The notes under the pieces: model-generated
Told to the model about the DNA's origin: nothing
What the model saw: the letters and a program-made list of their open reading frames with translations, nothing else
Database searches by the model: none
Shown: piece after piece, positions 1 to 9,806 of the stretch
Layout of the letters: every line of letters starts with the position of its first letter
Position numbering within the stretch: position 1 is the stretch's first letter
Made by a program: the position numbers and the translations under genes
DNA from: Thermoplasmata archaeon
Lineage (GTDB): Archaea > Thermoplasmatota > SW-10-69-26 > JACQPN01 > JAJPHT01
Length of the DNA stretch: 64,000 nt
Direction: 5' to 3'
Assembly: GCA_034667685.1 (NCBI GenBank)
Contig: JAXDQU010000011.1
Coordinates: 14,230-78,229, forward strand

Positions 1-273
1 CGCGCCTTGGGCAGGATGCCCAGCTCGCCCACCTGCGGCGAGACGGCGTAGCGCGTCCGCTCGAAGCCGAACCCGCCCGCCATCCTGCAGCAGAGCGGCT
101 TCGCGGGGATGCGCACCCGGAAGCCCGCGGCCTCCAGCACGTCGACGACGGCCCAGCGCATCTCGGGGTGGAAGTGGTCGTTGAACGTGTCGGGCCGCAG
201 GAGCACCTCGCGCTCGCCGTCGGCAATCCGACTTGCACCCCTTGCAGCGAGGCAGAGGTCGTGCGTCCTTCAC
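1..273 (-). pseudogene. Degenerate remnant of an FAD/Fe-S oxidoreductase (YdiJ/GlcF-like, CCG domains); runs off the window edge
   Basis: Minus strand gives frameshifted pieces VKDA/DLCL/CKGCKSDC (4Fe-4S motif), then VLLRPDTFNDHFHPE...VLEAAGFRVRIPAKPLCC joined directly to RMAGGFGFERTRYAVS. The first and second CCG regions appear fused by a deletion. Confidence 0.65.
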
Positions 274-301
274 CCCTGTTGAATCGTGAGCGGTTTGGAC
301 G

Positions 302-330
302 TCAGGGGGCTCCGTCCCCTGAAACCCCCT
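302..330 (-). repeat. REP-like GC hairpin copy overlapping the gdh 3' end
   Basis: Reverse complement AGGGGGTTTCAGGGGACGGAGCCCCCTGA matches the GGGGGT..AGGGGG.CG.AGCCCCC motif at 37448, 37523, 45837 and 50236. Confidence 0.55.
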
Positions 331-1420
331 TGGCCGTCCAGTCGAGGACCTTCTTGATGACCTGCGGGCCATCGAGCTTGTAGGCGACCTCGACTTCCTG
401 GGGCGCGAAGACGTGCGTGACGATGCGCTCCGTCTCGTGGGGCCAGCGCGCCCGGAACTCGGCGAGCCTGCGCATGGCGACCTCGAAGTGCCTGCGGCCG
501 CTGTTGACGCTGCCGAACATCGCCTGGTTCTGGAGCACCATCTGCCGCATGATGTCGTCGCCGGGCACCGCGAAGGGAGGCCTCTCTTCCGGAACGCCCA
601 GCATCGCCATGACGCCGTTCCCCGCGAGCGTCTGCACGCAGTCGAACGCCACCTCCGGGACGCCCGTCGCCTCGATGACGAGGTCGAAGCCGCCCACCTC
701 CCGCGCGAGGTCGGCCACCTTCGTCTCGCGCGCGTCGACGTGCTTCACGCCCAGCGATGATAGCAGCTTGGCCGGCGCGGAGTCCTCGGGCTCGCGGTCC
801 ATCGCCCAGACGTCCATGCCCTCGGAGCGCAGCAGGAAGCAGCCCACGGTGCCCAGGCTTCCGGTGCCCGCGAGGAGCGCGCGCTTGCCTCGGAACTCGT
901 CCTCCTGCTCGAACCACGGGATGCGCCGCTGGATGCGCCGCGCCTCCTCGTACGCCTTCACGACGATGGAGAGCGGCTCGGTGAGCACGGCGAGGCTGCC
1001 GATGCCGGCGGGCGCCTTCACGAGCGTGGCGGGGTCGTCGGCCCACAGGTCGCGGTAGAAGCCGTCGAGCCCCTTGATGCCGTGCTCCCGATATCCCTCG
1101 GTGGGGCAGAAGTCGGCGTGGCGCAGGCACGCGACGCACTGGCCGCAGCCGTGGCGCACCAGCGGCACGACGCGGTCGCCCGGCGCGAGGCCCGATCCCT
1201 CCGGCGCCTCGACGACCTCGCCCAGGCACTCGTGGCCCAGCACCAGCTCGTCCCGGCCTTCGGGGAACGCGCCGTGCGCGCCTGATAGCACCTCGTCGTC
1301 CGTGCCGTCGAGCCCGGCGTAGAGCGTGCGCGCGAGCGCCTGCACCTCCCGCCGCGCGGGCTCGGGGCGCTCCACGAGGCGCGGCGCGTGCTCCCCCTTG
1401 CGCAGGACGATCGCGCGCAT
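302..1420 (-). CDS. gdh: Zn-dependent glucose 1-dehydrogenase (MDR family)
   Basis: GLDGTD, LGHECLGEV, CGQC...C...C Zn motifs, GTGSLG, GSVNS; located next to a GH15 gene. Confidence 0.8.
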   Translation of the reverse strand: MRAIVLRKGEHAPRLVERPEPARREVQALARTLYAGLDGTDDEVLSGAHGAFPEGRDELVLGHECLGEVVEAPEGSGLAPGDRVVPLVRHGCGQCVACLRHADFCPTEGYREHGIKGLDGFYRDLWADDPATLVKAPAGIGSLAVLTEPLSIVVKAYEEARRIQRRIPWFEQEDEFRGKRALLAGTGSLGTVGCFLLRSEGMDVWAMDREPEDSAPAKLLSSLGVKHVDARETKVADLAREVGGFDLVIEATGVPEVAFDCVQTLAGNGVMAMLGVPEERPPFAVPGDDIMRQMVLQNQAMFGSVNSGRRHFEVAMRRLAEFRARWPHETERIVTHVFAPQEVEVAYKLDGPQVIKKVLDWTAKGVSGDGAP

Positions 1421-3097
1421 TCAGGCCACCTCCATCCGCCGGCGCCGCTCGGCCGGCTCGTGCGCGCCGCGCTCGCGCGTGGAGGAGGGATCGACGAGCT
1501 GCCAGGCCGCGCTCACCAGCGCCGCGTGCGTGAACGCCTGCGGGAAGTTGCCCAGGTGGCGCTTGGCGACCGGGTCATACTCCTCGGCGTAGAGCCCGAG
1601 CGGCGAGGCGAGCGCCGCGAGCCGGTCGAACGCCTCCTGCGCCTCGTCGCGCCGGCCCGCGAGCGCCAGCGCCTCCACGAGCCAGAACGAGCACGCCAGG
1701 AACGCGCCCTCCTTGCCTTCGAGCCCGTCGGCCTTCGCGTACCGCAGCAGGAAGCCGCCCTGCGAGAGCTGCTCGCGCGCCTCGCGCAACGTCGCCTGAT
1801 AGCGCGCGTCGTCGGGGCGCACGAACCCGACGATCGCGAGGCGCAGGTTCGATGCGTCGGCCGCGCGGTCGCCGTACGCCTGCGTGAACGCGCCGGTCTC
1901 CGGGTCGACGCCCTGCTCCATCACGTCGCGCCGGATCTCCCCGCGCGTCGCGTCCCACCGCGCCAAGGGCGCCGGCAGCCCGTAGTCCTCCGCGGTCCTG
2001 ATCGCGCGGTCCACCGCGACCCACGCCATGACCTTGGAGTACGTGAGCTGCCGCTTGCCGTGGGGAAGCTCCCAGATGCCGTGGTCCGGCTCGCGCCAGC
2101 GCGCGCAGCAGCGCTCCACCAGCTCGACGACGTGCGGCCACAGGTGGCGCCGCTCCGGCCTGCGCAGGCCTTGCCAGAGGTGCAGGCACTCCATGACGTG
2201 GCCGTAGGCGTCGAGCTGGAACTGGTCGACGGCGTCGTTGCCGAAGCGCACCGGCCGCGAGTCCGCGTAGCCGGGCAGGTCCGCGTGCGTCTCGCGCGGC
2301 GCGGGCGCCCCCTCGACCGTGTAGAGCACGCGCAGGTCCTTCGCCGGCGCGGCGGCCACGGTGCGCAGCAGCCAGCCGGCGAGCGCGCGCGCCTCGTCGC
2401 GGTAGCCCGACGAGACGAACGCATCCATGCAGAAGCCCGTGTCGCGCAGCCACGCGAACCGGTAGTCCCAGTTGCGCACGCCGCCGAGCGTCTCGGGGAG
2501 GCTCGTGGTGGGCGCGGCGACCATCGCCCCCGTCGGCGCGTAGCGCATGGCCTTGAGCGCGAGCAGGCTGCGCACGACGAGGTCGCGGTGCGCGCCGTCG
2601 TACTCGCAGCGCTCGGCCCAGCCGCGCCACGCCCGCAACGTCGCGTCCAGCGCGGCGCGCGCCTCGCCCGCATCCGGCGCCGCGGGCCCGCCCTCGCTCC
2701 ACGCGAAGGCCGCGGCCTCGCCCGCGCGCAGCCGGACCTCGCGGCGCCATCCGCCCGGCATCGTGGCCTCGATCGTCGCCTCGCCATCCAGGCACTCGGC
2801 GAGCCGGACGACGCTCGTGCGCTCGGCGGGATAGGGCATGAAGTCGTGGACGCGCGCCGCGCCGGCCGCCCCGCGCCACGCGGTCACGAGGACGTTGGTC
2901 TGCGCCGCGTAGCCGAACGACGTGACCTGGGCGTCACGCATCGCGAGCGACATCTCGTGGGGACCGCCCAGGATGGCATCGCAGGCCGGCATGCTATCAA
3001 AGCGCGGCGCGCACCACCACACGACGCGGCCGCCGGGCGCCACGAGCGCGGCGCTCAGGCAGTCGCCGATCAGGCCGTGGTCCTCGATGGGCCTCAC
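1421..3097 (-). CDS. Glycoside hydrolase family 15 (trehalase/glucoamylase-like)
   Basis: IEDHGLIGD, AAPTTSLPE, RNWDYRFAWLRD, GIWE, LGNFPQAFTH; GTG start at 3097 overlaps the upstream TGA. Confidence 0.9.
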   Translation of the reverse strand: MRPIEDHGLIGDCLSAALVAPGGRVVWWCAPRFDSMPACDAILGGPHEMSLAMRDAQVTSFGYAAQTNVLVTAWRGAAGAARVHDFMPYPAERTSVVRLAECLDGEATIEATMPGGWRREVRLRAGEAAAFAWSEGGPAAPDAGEARAALDATLRAWRGWAERCEYDGAHRDLVVRSLLALKAMRYAPTGAMVAAPTTSLPETLGGVRNWDYRFAWLRDTGFCMDAFVSSGYRDEARALAGWLLRTVAAAPAKDLRVLYTVEGAPAPRETHADLPGYADSRPVRFGNDAVDQFQLDAYGHVMECLHLWQGLRRPERRHLWPHVVELVERCCARWREPDHGIWELPHGKRQLTYSKVMAWVAVDRAIRTAEDYGLPAPLARWDATRGEIRRDVMEQGVDPETGAFTQAYGDRAADASNLRLAIVGFVRPDDARYQATLREAREQLSQGGFLLRYAKADGLEGKEGAFLACSFWLVEALALAGRRDEAQEAFDRLAALASPLGLYAEEYDPVAKRHLGNFPQAFTHAALVSAAWQLVDPSSTRERGAHEPAERRRRMEVA

Positions 3098-3801
3098 GCG
3101 CGCCTCACGGGCTCCTGCGGCGCCGCCCGCGCGGCCCAGCGGACCATCTGCGCGACGAACGCCACGTAGGCTGTGCCCATCTCCTCGCCCTCGGGGCCCG
3201 GCACCGCGGACTCGCCCCAGTCGGTGAGCCCGCCGCTCCAGTGCGGCGCGAGGTCGCCCGCGTACGCGACGACGCGCCCCTCGCCCACGCCGCCCGCCAC
3301 GAGCAGCGGCGCGCCGCGCACGTTCACGCGCGGGCCCTCGGGCGTGAGCGCGGCCTCGCGCGCCTCCAGCACGACGTGCGCCGCGGGCTTCGGCGTCAGC
3401 TGGTTGTGGCCGCAGAGCACGGGCGGGCGCGACCAGTCGAGCGCGCCGAGGATCGCGTGCGGGCCGATGGGCACCGGGTAACAGCCGGCCACGCTGGCGT
3501 GCCTGTCGTCGCCGTCGAGCATCGTGACCGGCAGCGCCTCCGCGAGCGGGCTGCGCGCGTAGCCGCCGCGGCCGAACGAGCGCCAGCCCCCGACCATGAC
3601 GAGGCCAAGGCCCGACGCGACGTCGCGGACCAGGGCGCGCGCCGCGTCGACGCCGAGCCGCTCCGCCCCGTAGTCCGAGAGCATCACCGCATCGCAGCCG
3701 CGCCAGCGGGGCTCGGGCTCGACCTCGATGCCGGCAGCGGCGAACGCGCCGAGCAGGTACTTCGTGGAGCACTTGTCCCCTTCGAGATAGCAAATCCTCA
3801 A
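3094..3801 (-). CDS. Class I glutamine amidotransferase-like protein (DUF1355-like)
   Basis: GLGLVMVGGWRSF, LAEALPV, GEGRVVAY, DLAPHW motifs. Confidence 0.7.
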   Translation of the reverse strand: MRICYLEGDKCSTKYLLGAFAAAGIEVEPEPRWRGCDAVMLSDYGAERLGVDAARALVRDVASGLGLVMVGGWRSFGRGGYARSPLAEALPVTMLDGDDRHASVAGCYPVPIGPHAILGALDWSRPPVLCGHNQLTPKPAAHVVLEAREAALTPEGPRVNVRGAPLLVAGGVGEGRVVAYAGDLAPHWSGGLTDWGESAVPGPEGEEMGTAYVAFVAQMVRWAARAAPQEPVRRA

Positions 3802-4142
3802 GCGTGGATGCCTCCGGCGTCGAGCTTCGCGATGCCGCGGATCACGAGGAAGACGTCGCTGCGCTCGCGGATCCGCGCGGCGAAGGCCGCGACGGCGGCG
3901 CCGATGACGTCCTCGATCTCCTCGGCCGCCATACGGCGGATCTCGTCGAGCGGCAGGCCGCAGAGCGCCTGACAGCTGGGGTGACCCACGTGGCCGATGC
4001 CGATGCGCGCGTCGCCCGGCATCCCGCCGCCCGTCTCGCCGAGGTGGACGAGCTCGTCGCGCGGCGCGAGGATCGCGGCGTCGTCGGGCACGTCGAGGGG
4101 CGCGCCCTCAGCGCCGTCGTACGTCTCGAACCTGATCCTCAT
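3798..4142 (-). CDS. Hypothetical protein (114 aa)
   Basis: Operonic overlaps with both neighbours and typical codon usage. Confidence 0.6.
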   Translation of the reverse strand: MRIRFETYDGAEGAPLDVPDDAAILAPRDELVHLGETGGGMPGDARIGIGHVGHPSCQALCGLPLDEIRRMAAEEIEDVIGAAVAAFAARIRERSDVFLVIRGIAKLDAGGIHA

Positions 4143-5898
4143 GCTGCTCTCCGAAAAGATCGTCCATCTTGTCGCGGAAGATGGTGAGCGCGATGCGGCT
4201 CGCGTTGGGCTGCCCGCGCGCCAGCGCCTCGGCGAAATGCATCGCCTGGCCCGCCTTGATGCGCGGCGGCATGGGCGGCTCGTTGGGGTCGACGACGGCC
4301 TCCAGGAGCGCGGGCCCCTCGTGCGCGAGGAACTGGTCGAGCGCCGCGCCGACGTCCTGCGCGCGGTCCACGTGGAAGCCCTTGACGCCGAGCGCCTCGG
4401 CCATCGCGGCGATGTCCACGTCGGGCAGCTCGACCCCGAAGGAGGGGTTGCCGAGGAACACCATCTGCTCCCACTTGATCATGCCAAGCACGTTGTTCTT
4501 GATCACGACGACCTTCACCGGGAGCTTGTGCTGCGCGGCGGTCGCCAATTCGCTCCCGAGCATGAGGAGCCCGCCGTCGCCCACGAACGCGACGACCTGA
4601 CGCTCCGGGTAGGCGATCTGCGCGCCGATGGCGTAGGGCAGGCCGGGCGCCATCGTGGCGAGCGTGCCGCTGAGGCTGAAGCGTTGGCGGCCGCGGATCT
4701 TGATGAAGCGCGCGGCCCACGCGGCGATGGTGCCCGAGTCGCACGTGACGATGGCGTCCTCCGCGAGGCGGCGGCCCAGCTCCCACGCGACGACCTGCGG
4801 CTTCATCGGCATGTCGGGGCGCGTGGCGTGCTGCTCCATCTGCTGCCACCAGCCGCGCATCTCGCCCTGGAGGCCCGAGAGCCAGTCGCTCGTGGCGCGC
4901 GTCTCGATCAGGGGAAGGAGCTCGGACAGCGTCCATTTGCTATCGCCGACGAGCCCGACCTCGACGGGGTAGCGGATGCCGATGCGCGAGGGCTCGAGGT
5001 CGATCTGCACGGCGCGCGCCTGGCCCGGCTTGGGCAGGTAGTCCATGTAGGGGAACGACGTGCCGATCATCAGCAGCCCGTCGCATTGCTCCAGCGCGCT
5101 CTGCGAGGGAGCCGTCCCCAGGAGGCCGAGGCCGCCCAGGCAGAGCGGATGCTCGTCGGGCACGACGTCCTTCCCCAGGAGCGGCTTGATGATGGGCGCC
5201 TGGAGCGCGGTCGCGATGGCGATGATCTCGTGCCCCGCGCCGCGCGCGCCGCTGCCCGCGAGGATGGCGACGCGCTTCGCCTTGTTGAGGAGCGCGGCGG
5301 CCTCGCGCAGCGCGTGCTCGGGCGGACGGATGCCGAGGTCCGCGGGGCGGTGGCTCGTGGAGCCGGGCACCTTCGCGCGGCTGTAGTCGCCCTTGAGCGC
5401 AGCCTCCTGCACGTCGATGGGGACGTTCAGGTGCGCCACGCAGCGGTGCGCGAGCGCGACGCGGCACGCGTTGTCCGTCGCCATGCGCGCGTGCTCGGCG
5501 CTGTTCACCTGCACGTTGTACTCGGCGACGTCGGTGAAGAGCGAGAGCATGTTCACCTCCTGCTGGTAGTGCGACCCGATGAGGTCGGAGTACGTCTGCC
5601 CCGTGATGGCGACGACGGGCGTCTGGTCGAGCTTCGCGTCGTAGAGACCGTTGAGCAGGTGGATGCCGCCCGGGCCGGAGGTCGCGATGCACGCGCCCAG
5701 CTTCCCGGTGAACTTGCTGTACGCGGCGGCGGCGAACGCGGCGGCCTCCTCGTGGCGCACGAGCACGAACCGGATCTTCCCCTCGCGCTGGCGCAAGGCC
5801 TCCATCAGGCCGTTGATGCCGTCGCCGGGCAGGCCGAAGATCACCTCGACGCCCCAGCGCTCCAGGGTGTCCATCATGACGTCGGAGGTGTTGACCAT
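4108..5898 (-). CDS. TPP-dependent pyruvate oxidase/dehydrogenase (PoxB-like)
   Basis: IFGLPGDGIN, RHEEAAAF, SGPGGIHLLNGLYDAKLD, GDGG...NN TPP motif. Confidence 0.9.
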   Translation of the reverse strand: MVNTSDVMMDTLERWGVEVIFGLPGDGINGLMEALRQREGKIRFVLVRHEEAAAFAAAAYSKFTGKLGACIATSGPGGIHLLNGLYDAKLDQTPVVAITGQTYSDLIGSHYQQEVNMLSLFTDVAEYNVQVNSAEHARMATDNACRVALAHRCVAHLNVPIDVQEAALKGDYSRAKVPGSTSHRPADLGIRPPEHALREAAALLNKAKRVAILAGSGARGAGHEIIAIATALQAPIIKPLLGKDVVPDEHPLCLGGLGLLGTAPSQSALEQCDGLLMIGTSFPYMDYLPKPGQARAVQIDLEPSRIGIRYPVEVGLVGDSKWTLSELLPLIETRATSDWLSGLQGEMRGWWQQMEQHATRPDMPMKPQVVAWELGRRLAEDAIVTCDSGTIAAWAARFIKIRGRQRFSLSGTLATMAPGLPYAIGAQIAYPERQVVAFVGDGGLLMLGSELATAAQHKLPVKVVVIKNNVLGMIKWEQMVFLGNPSFGVELPDVDIAAMAEALGVKGFHVDRAQDVGAALDQFLAHEGPALLEAVVDPNEPPMPPRIKAGQAMHFAEALARGQPNASRIALTIFRDKMDDLFGEQHEDQVRDVRRR

Positions 5899-6084
5899 GA
5901 CGATCCGCACCGTCTTGCGTCGGGCAAAGACTTGGCGTCAACGACCGCCGGACCGCGTGGCGCTGCCCGCGTGCCCGAGCCCTCGTTCGGGCCCCACCCG
6001 AGATCGACGCGTTCGGCGAGACGATCGGGCCACCGACATGGCGTTCGTCGTGACCACAGACTGAGCTTCTTCTTGTCTTCCCCG

Positions 6085-8175
6085 TCATTGCGGCCACGTG
6101 AATGCCTGGCTGACGACCTGCGCGCCGTCGGCGCCAGTGGCGCGGAACTCGACCTGCGAGCCCGTCGGCGCGTGATAGCTCGCCGTCCAGTCGCCGTAGC
6201 TCTGGAGCGCGAGCGGCTGCCACGCGCCCCCGCTGATCCGCGCGTCGACGGCCTTCACGGTCTCGCTCGCGGCGACGTGGACCTGGATCCACCACTCGTT
6301 GCCGTTGCGCGGCGTGAACGTCGCGGTCATGTTGCCGGAGGGTGGGGGAGAGGGCGAAGGCGAGGGTGAGGGCGGGGGGGTGCCGCCGCTGCACGTGGTG
6401 GCCGTCGCGCCGGTCCAGAGATAGCATCCCGAGACGGCCGTGGCGCCCGTCGTGTCGGTCGCGGTGAACTGGAGCACCGTGCCGCTGGGCGCGTGGATCG
6501 ACTTCGCCCACGTGCCCCACGAGTCCTTCGGGAGGTCCACGGGCGCGCCGCCGTTCAGGCTCGCGCTCACCGACGCGATGGTGTGGCCGCTGGCGGAGGC
6601 GCTCGTCTCGACCCACCACTCGTTGCCCTTCGGGCCGAACGTCGCGGTGAAGTTGCCGCCGCTGGGCGGGGGCGGAGGCGGCGGCGTGGTCGTGCCGTTG
6701 CCGGCGAGCGCGACCTTCTCGTGCGGCGGGCTGATGGCGCCCCAGCCCGGGAACATGGCGTTGAAGCCCTGCGCGCCGGTCCAGACCTGCACCTGGCCGC
6801 CGCCCGACGAGACGCCGACGGCCATGGCGAGCTTGCCGTCGCCGAAGAGGCTCGCGGCCTCGGCGGTGCTGCGCGTGGGGGTAGGCGTCGCGAGGAAGCC
6901 CTTCGTCGCGCCGGTGGCGAGGTCGAAGAGCCATAGGCCCGTCTGCCCGCTGCTGGCGCCCGCGGCGACGACCTGCTGGGTGCCGTCGCCCACGACGTCA
7001 GCCACCATGATATCCTTGTCCGAGACCTGCGCGTTGAGGTCGCGGTGCCACTTCTCGTGGCCCGTCGCGTCGAAGAGCGCCACGTGGCCCGGGCCCACCT
7101 GCTCGAAGTTGCCCGGCTTGTGGCCGATGGTGTTCCAGTCGCCCACGAGCACGGCCTTCGCGCCGTTGACCGAGACGACGACGGGGCGCGTGTGCGAGAG
7201 CGGCGCGGCCCACGTGGGCTGCGCGCGCCAGAGCAGGTGCCCCCACGAGTCGAGCGCGAACCACATCGCATGGTCGTTGCCGAACGTCGTGCTATCGTGC
7301 GCATCGCGCGCCGCGAAGAGCACGTCGGGGTGGCCGTCGCCGTTGACGTCGGAGAGCGTGGGCTGCATCGGGATGCTGGCGGGCCACACGTAGCCCGCGG
7401 CGTTGAACGTCCACTTCGTGCCGCCCGTCGCGCCGTTGAGCGCGTAGACGGTGCCCGCGTCGTTGGCCATCACGACCTCGGGCTTGCCGTCGCCGTCGAG
7501 GTCGCCCACGCTGGGGGTCGCGTGGCCGCTCGGCAGCGCCTGGGCCCAGAGCGTGGAGCCGTCGGGGCGCACGGCGAAGATGCCCGTCTCCTCGGTCGCC
7601 ACCACGACGTCCAGCTTGCCGTCGCCGTTCAAGTCCGCGACCGTCGGGCTCGCGTCCATCGTCGTGAACGACTGGTACTGGTTGTAGCGGTGCTCCCAGA
7701 GCTTGGTGAAGACGAGCTGCGAGGCGCTGCTCGCCGCGGGGTCGATCTCGAAGCGCGCGACGACCGCGGCGGTGTCCGCCAGGACGACGTCGAGCTTCCC
7801 GTTGCCGTCCAGGTCCGTCACGACGGGCGCGTTGATCGGTCCGCTCACGCCCTCGAAGCTGTAGCACGTCGAGGCGCACCCGGCGTTTCCCGGGGCGAAC
7901 CTGGCGAGCGTCGCGCCGGTCGCCGGGTCGAGGACGTAGACGTTGCCGTCGTCGCTCTGCGCCACGACCTCCAGCTTGCCGTCCCCGCGGAAGTCGGCGA
8001 GCGCCATCTGCAGGCCGTTGAACGGCGCGGCCCCCGGCGCGATCGTCCGCGTGAGCGTGGCGATGGCGGCGGCGACGGGCGCGAGCAGGAGGATGGCGAC
8101 GAGGATGGGAGCCAGGCGGCCGGCTTGCACGGAGGCGCGGTCGGTCGCCACGCGCGAAGGCGGTTCTGGCCGCAT
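6085..8175 (-). CDS. Secreted FG-GAP/VCBS-repeat beta-propeller protein with two C-terminal expansin/CBM63-like domains
   Basis: Signal peptide, repeated DLxGDGKxD/E motifs, Pro-rich linkers, duplicated ATF.P..GNEWW domain. True start may lie slightly downstream. Confidence 0.75.
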   Translation of the reverse strand: MRPEPPSRVATDRASVQAGRLAPILVAILLLAPVAAAIATLTRTIAPGAAPFNGLQMALADFRGDGKLEVVAQSDDGNVYVLDPATGATLARFAPGNAGCASTCYSFEGVSGPINAPVVTDLDGNGKLDVVLADTAAVVARFEIDPAASSASQLVFTKLWEHRYNQYQSFTTMDASPTVADLNGDGKLDVVVATEETGIFAVRPDGSTLWAQALPSGHATPSVGDLDGDGKPEVVMANDAGTVYALNGATGGTKWTFNAAGYVWPASIPMQPTLSDVNGDGHPDVLFAARDAHDSTTFGNDHAMWFALDSWGHLLWRAQPTWAAPLSHTRPVVVSVNGAKAVLVGDWNTIGHKPGNFEQVGPGHVALFDATGHEKWHRDLNAQVSDKDIMVADVVGDGTQQVVAAGASSGQTGLWLFDLATGATKGFLATPTPTRSTAEAASLFGDGKLAMAVGVSSGGGQVQVWTGAQGFNAMFPGWGAISPPHEKVALAGNGTTTPPPPPPPSGGNFTATFGPKGNEWWVETSASASGHTIASVSASLNGGAPVDLPKDSWGTWAKSIHAPSGTVLQFTATDTTGATAVSGCYLWTGATATTCSGGTPPPSPSPSPSPPPSGNMTATFTPRNGNEWWIQVHVAASETVKAVDARISGGAWQPLALQSYGDWTASYHAPTGSQVEFRATGADGAQVVSQAFTWPQ

Positions 8176-8187
8176 CGCCGTTCGCCG

Positions 8188-8610
8188 CTAGGTCGATGCG
8201 GCGAGCTCGCGGGCGTGCCCCTCAAGGTCGAGCCTCAGCAGGCGGCGCGCGAGGGGGCGCGCGATCGGTTCGCCCACGCGCCAGAGGCCCCGCAGCCGGA
8301 TCGTGGCGCGCAGGGCGATGCGCGTGCCGCCGCACTCGGAGGAGAAGGCGTACGACCCGCGGAAGCGCGAGAAGGTGTTGACGCCCTCGAAGACCACGGC
8401 ATCGCCCTCGCGCCGCGCCGTGACCCGCTCGCGGAAGAGGGGCGCGCGATCCTCCATCGTGGTCGCGTCGGCCGAGCGCGCGAGGATGCGCCGGCGGACG
8501 CGCAGGCCGAGGAAGGCGTGGTCGCCCGCGCCCTCGCGGAAGTCGAGCCACCACGCCAACGCGTCGGCCGGGGCGACGGGCGCCCAAGCTGAGAAGCCAA
8601 CTTCAAACAC
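8188..8610 (-). CDS. SRPBCC/START-like protein
   Basis: Size and beta-rich pattern with a C-terminal helix (RLLRLDLEGHARE). Confidence 0.55.
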   Translation of the reverse strand: MFEVGFSAWAPVAPADALAWWLDFREGAGDHAFLGLRVRRRILARSADATTMEDRAPLFRERVTARREGDAVVFEGVNTFSRFRGSYAFSSECGGTRIALRATIRLRGLWRVGEPIARPLARRLLRLDLEGHARELAAST

Positions 8611-8646
8611 GAGAAAACGAAAGGCGCCGCGCGCCCTTGGAATTGT

Positions 8647-8925
8647 CTAGAGAAGCTCGCGCCGCGGCTGGTGGATGAAGTGCAGCGCGTTCTTCAGGTC
8701 GGCTTCCTGGCCGACGCCTTCGACGGCCGCCTTGCTGAGCGCCTCGCCCAGGAGGAAGATCGCCATCTGGTGCGCGCGGCGGTCACGGTGCAGGGAAACG
8801 GGGGTCACGCCGAGCTTGTCGTAGGCCGTGAAGTAGTCGATCCCGTGGCTGATCCCCGTCGCTTCGAAGGTTCGCCGCATCTGAAAAAGGAGAGCGTGCA
8901 ACCTGATCATGTCTTCTTTCCGCAT
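8647..8925 (-). CDS. UPF0058 family protein (archaeal)
   Basis: MRKEDMIRLHALL...YDKLGVTPVSLHR..RAHQMAIFLLG pattern. Confidence 0.75.
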   Translation of the reverse strand: MRKEDMIRLHALLFQMRRTFEATGISHGIDYFTAYDKLGVTPVSLHRDRRAHQMAIFLLGEALSKAAVEGVGQEADLKNALHFIHQPRRELL

Positions 8926-9135
8926 GTGCATCCCATCCCGCCGGAGCGGTGCCGTCATAAAGCAAGCGGCCAGGCATATAGTTGCCGAAGCGACCACTGC
9001 GGGCGTTACTTCCGCTGCATCGCGTAGCCGATCCCTCCGCTGTCGGTTTTCCGAACCGGCGGGTTGCCACGTCGGCGGAAGTGCGAATCCGCCCCTTCGC
9101 CAAGGTTAGGAGCCTGAGCAAATCCACCCGCCCCG

Positions 9136-9729
9136 TTGCGCGCGCGAACGCTGCTCCTCCCGGCGATGCTGACGGCGATCCTCACCGCGGGTGCGCTGGG
9201 CACGCCGTTCCACCGCGACGAGGTCCCCTTCGAAGTCGTCGCCCGCGACCACTTCGACGCGCTGGCCGTGAGCCCCCAGACCGGCGCCCCGACCCGCGCG
9301 CCCCTCGACCTGCACCTCGACGTCGAGGGCGACGGCGCGGACGCGGACCTGAGCGGCGCGTTCGCGTGGCTCGCCCAGCACGCCGGCGTGCGCGTCGTCC
9401 GCGACCCGGCCGGCGCGCCCCTCTTCCTGACGCAGGGCGACCTCTCCGCAACGAGCGGCCGGGCGACGCTGGGCGCGACCGTCAGCAGCGGCATCGCGGC
9501 CGAGGTGGGCGACGGGCGCATCAAGGACTGCGTCGTCGCGCACGAGATCCTCCACCTCCTGGGCCTGGGCCACGTCGAGGACCCGGACAACATCATGTTC
9601 CCGCACTGCACGCCCGGCATGCTGGAGCGCGCGAAGCTCGAGCCGTGGCAGCTCGTGAAGATCGAATCGCTGGATGGGCTGCAGGCGACGACCCCGCATG
9701 GCGTCGAGCAGTGGGTCACGCGCGGGTGA
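9136..9729 (+). CDS. Secreted matrixin-like zinc metalloprotease
   Basis: Signal peptide; HEILHLLGLGH (HExxHxxGxxH) followed by Met-turn NIMFP. Confidence 0.8.
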   Translation: MRARTLLLPAMLTAILTAGALGTPFHRDEVPFEVVARDHFDALAVSPQTGAPTRAPLDLHLDVEGDGADADLSGAFAWLAQHAGVRVVRDPAGAPLFLTQGDLSATSGRATLGATVSSGIAAEVGDGRIKDCVVAHEILHLLGLGHVEDPDNIMFPHCTPGMLERAKLEPWQLVKIESLDGLQATTPHGVEQWVTRG

Positions 9730-9750
9730 CGACACAGGAAGGGGAAAGAG
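9714..9750 (+). repeat. Left inverted repeat of the GxxExxY element
   Basis: GACGACACAGGAAGGGGAAAGAG (9728-9750) matches the reverse complement of 10188-10210 at 22/23; outer 9714-9726 matches 10217-10229 at 12/13. Confidence 0.8.
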
Positions 9751-9806
9751 GGGGCGATGGGGCGACCTCGGGACAAAGCTCACGTCCCGGACGCCCACCC
9801 TGAGTC

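Noticed and set aside
3098-3793. Apparent 790-aa GH15 fusion
   Set aside because: The upstream part overlaps the GATase-like gene in another frame; the GH15 start fits GTG 3097
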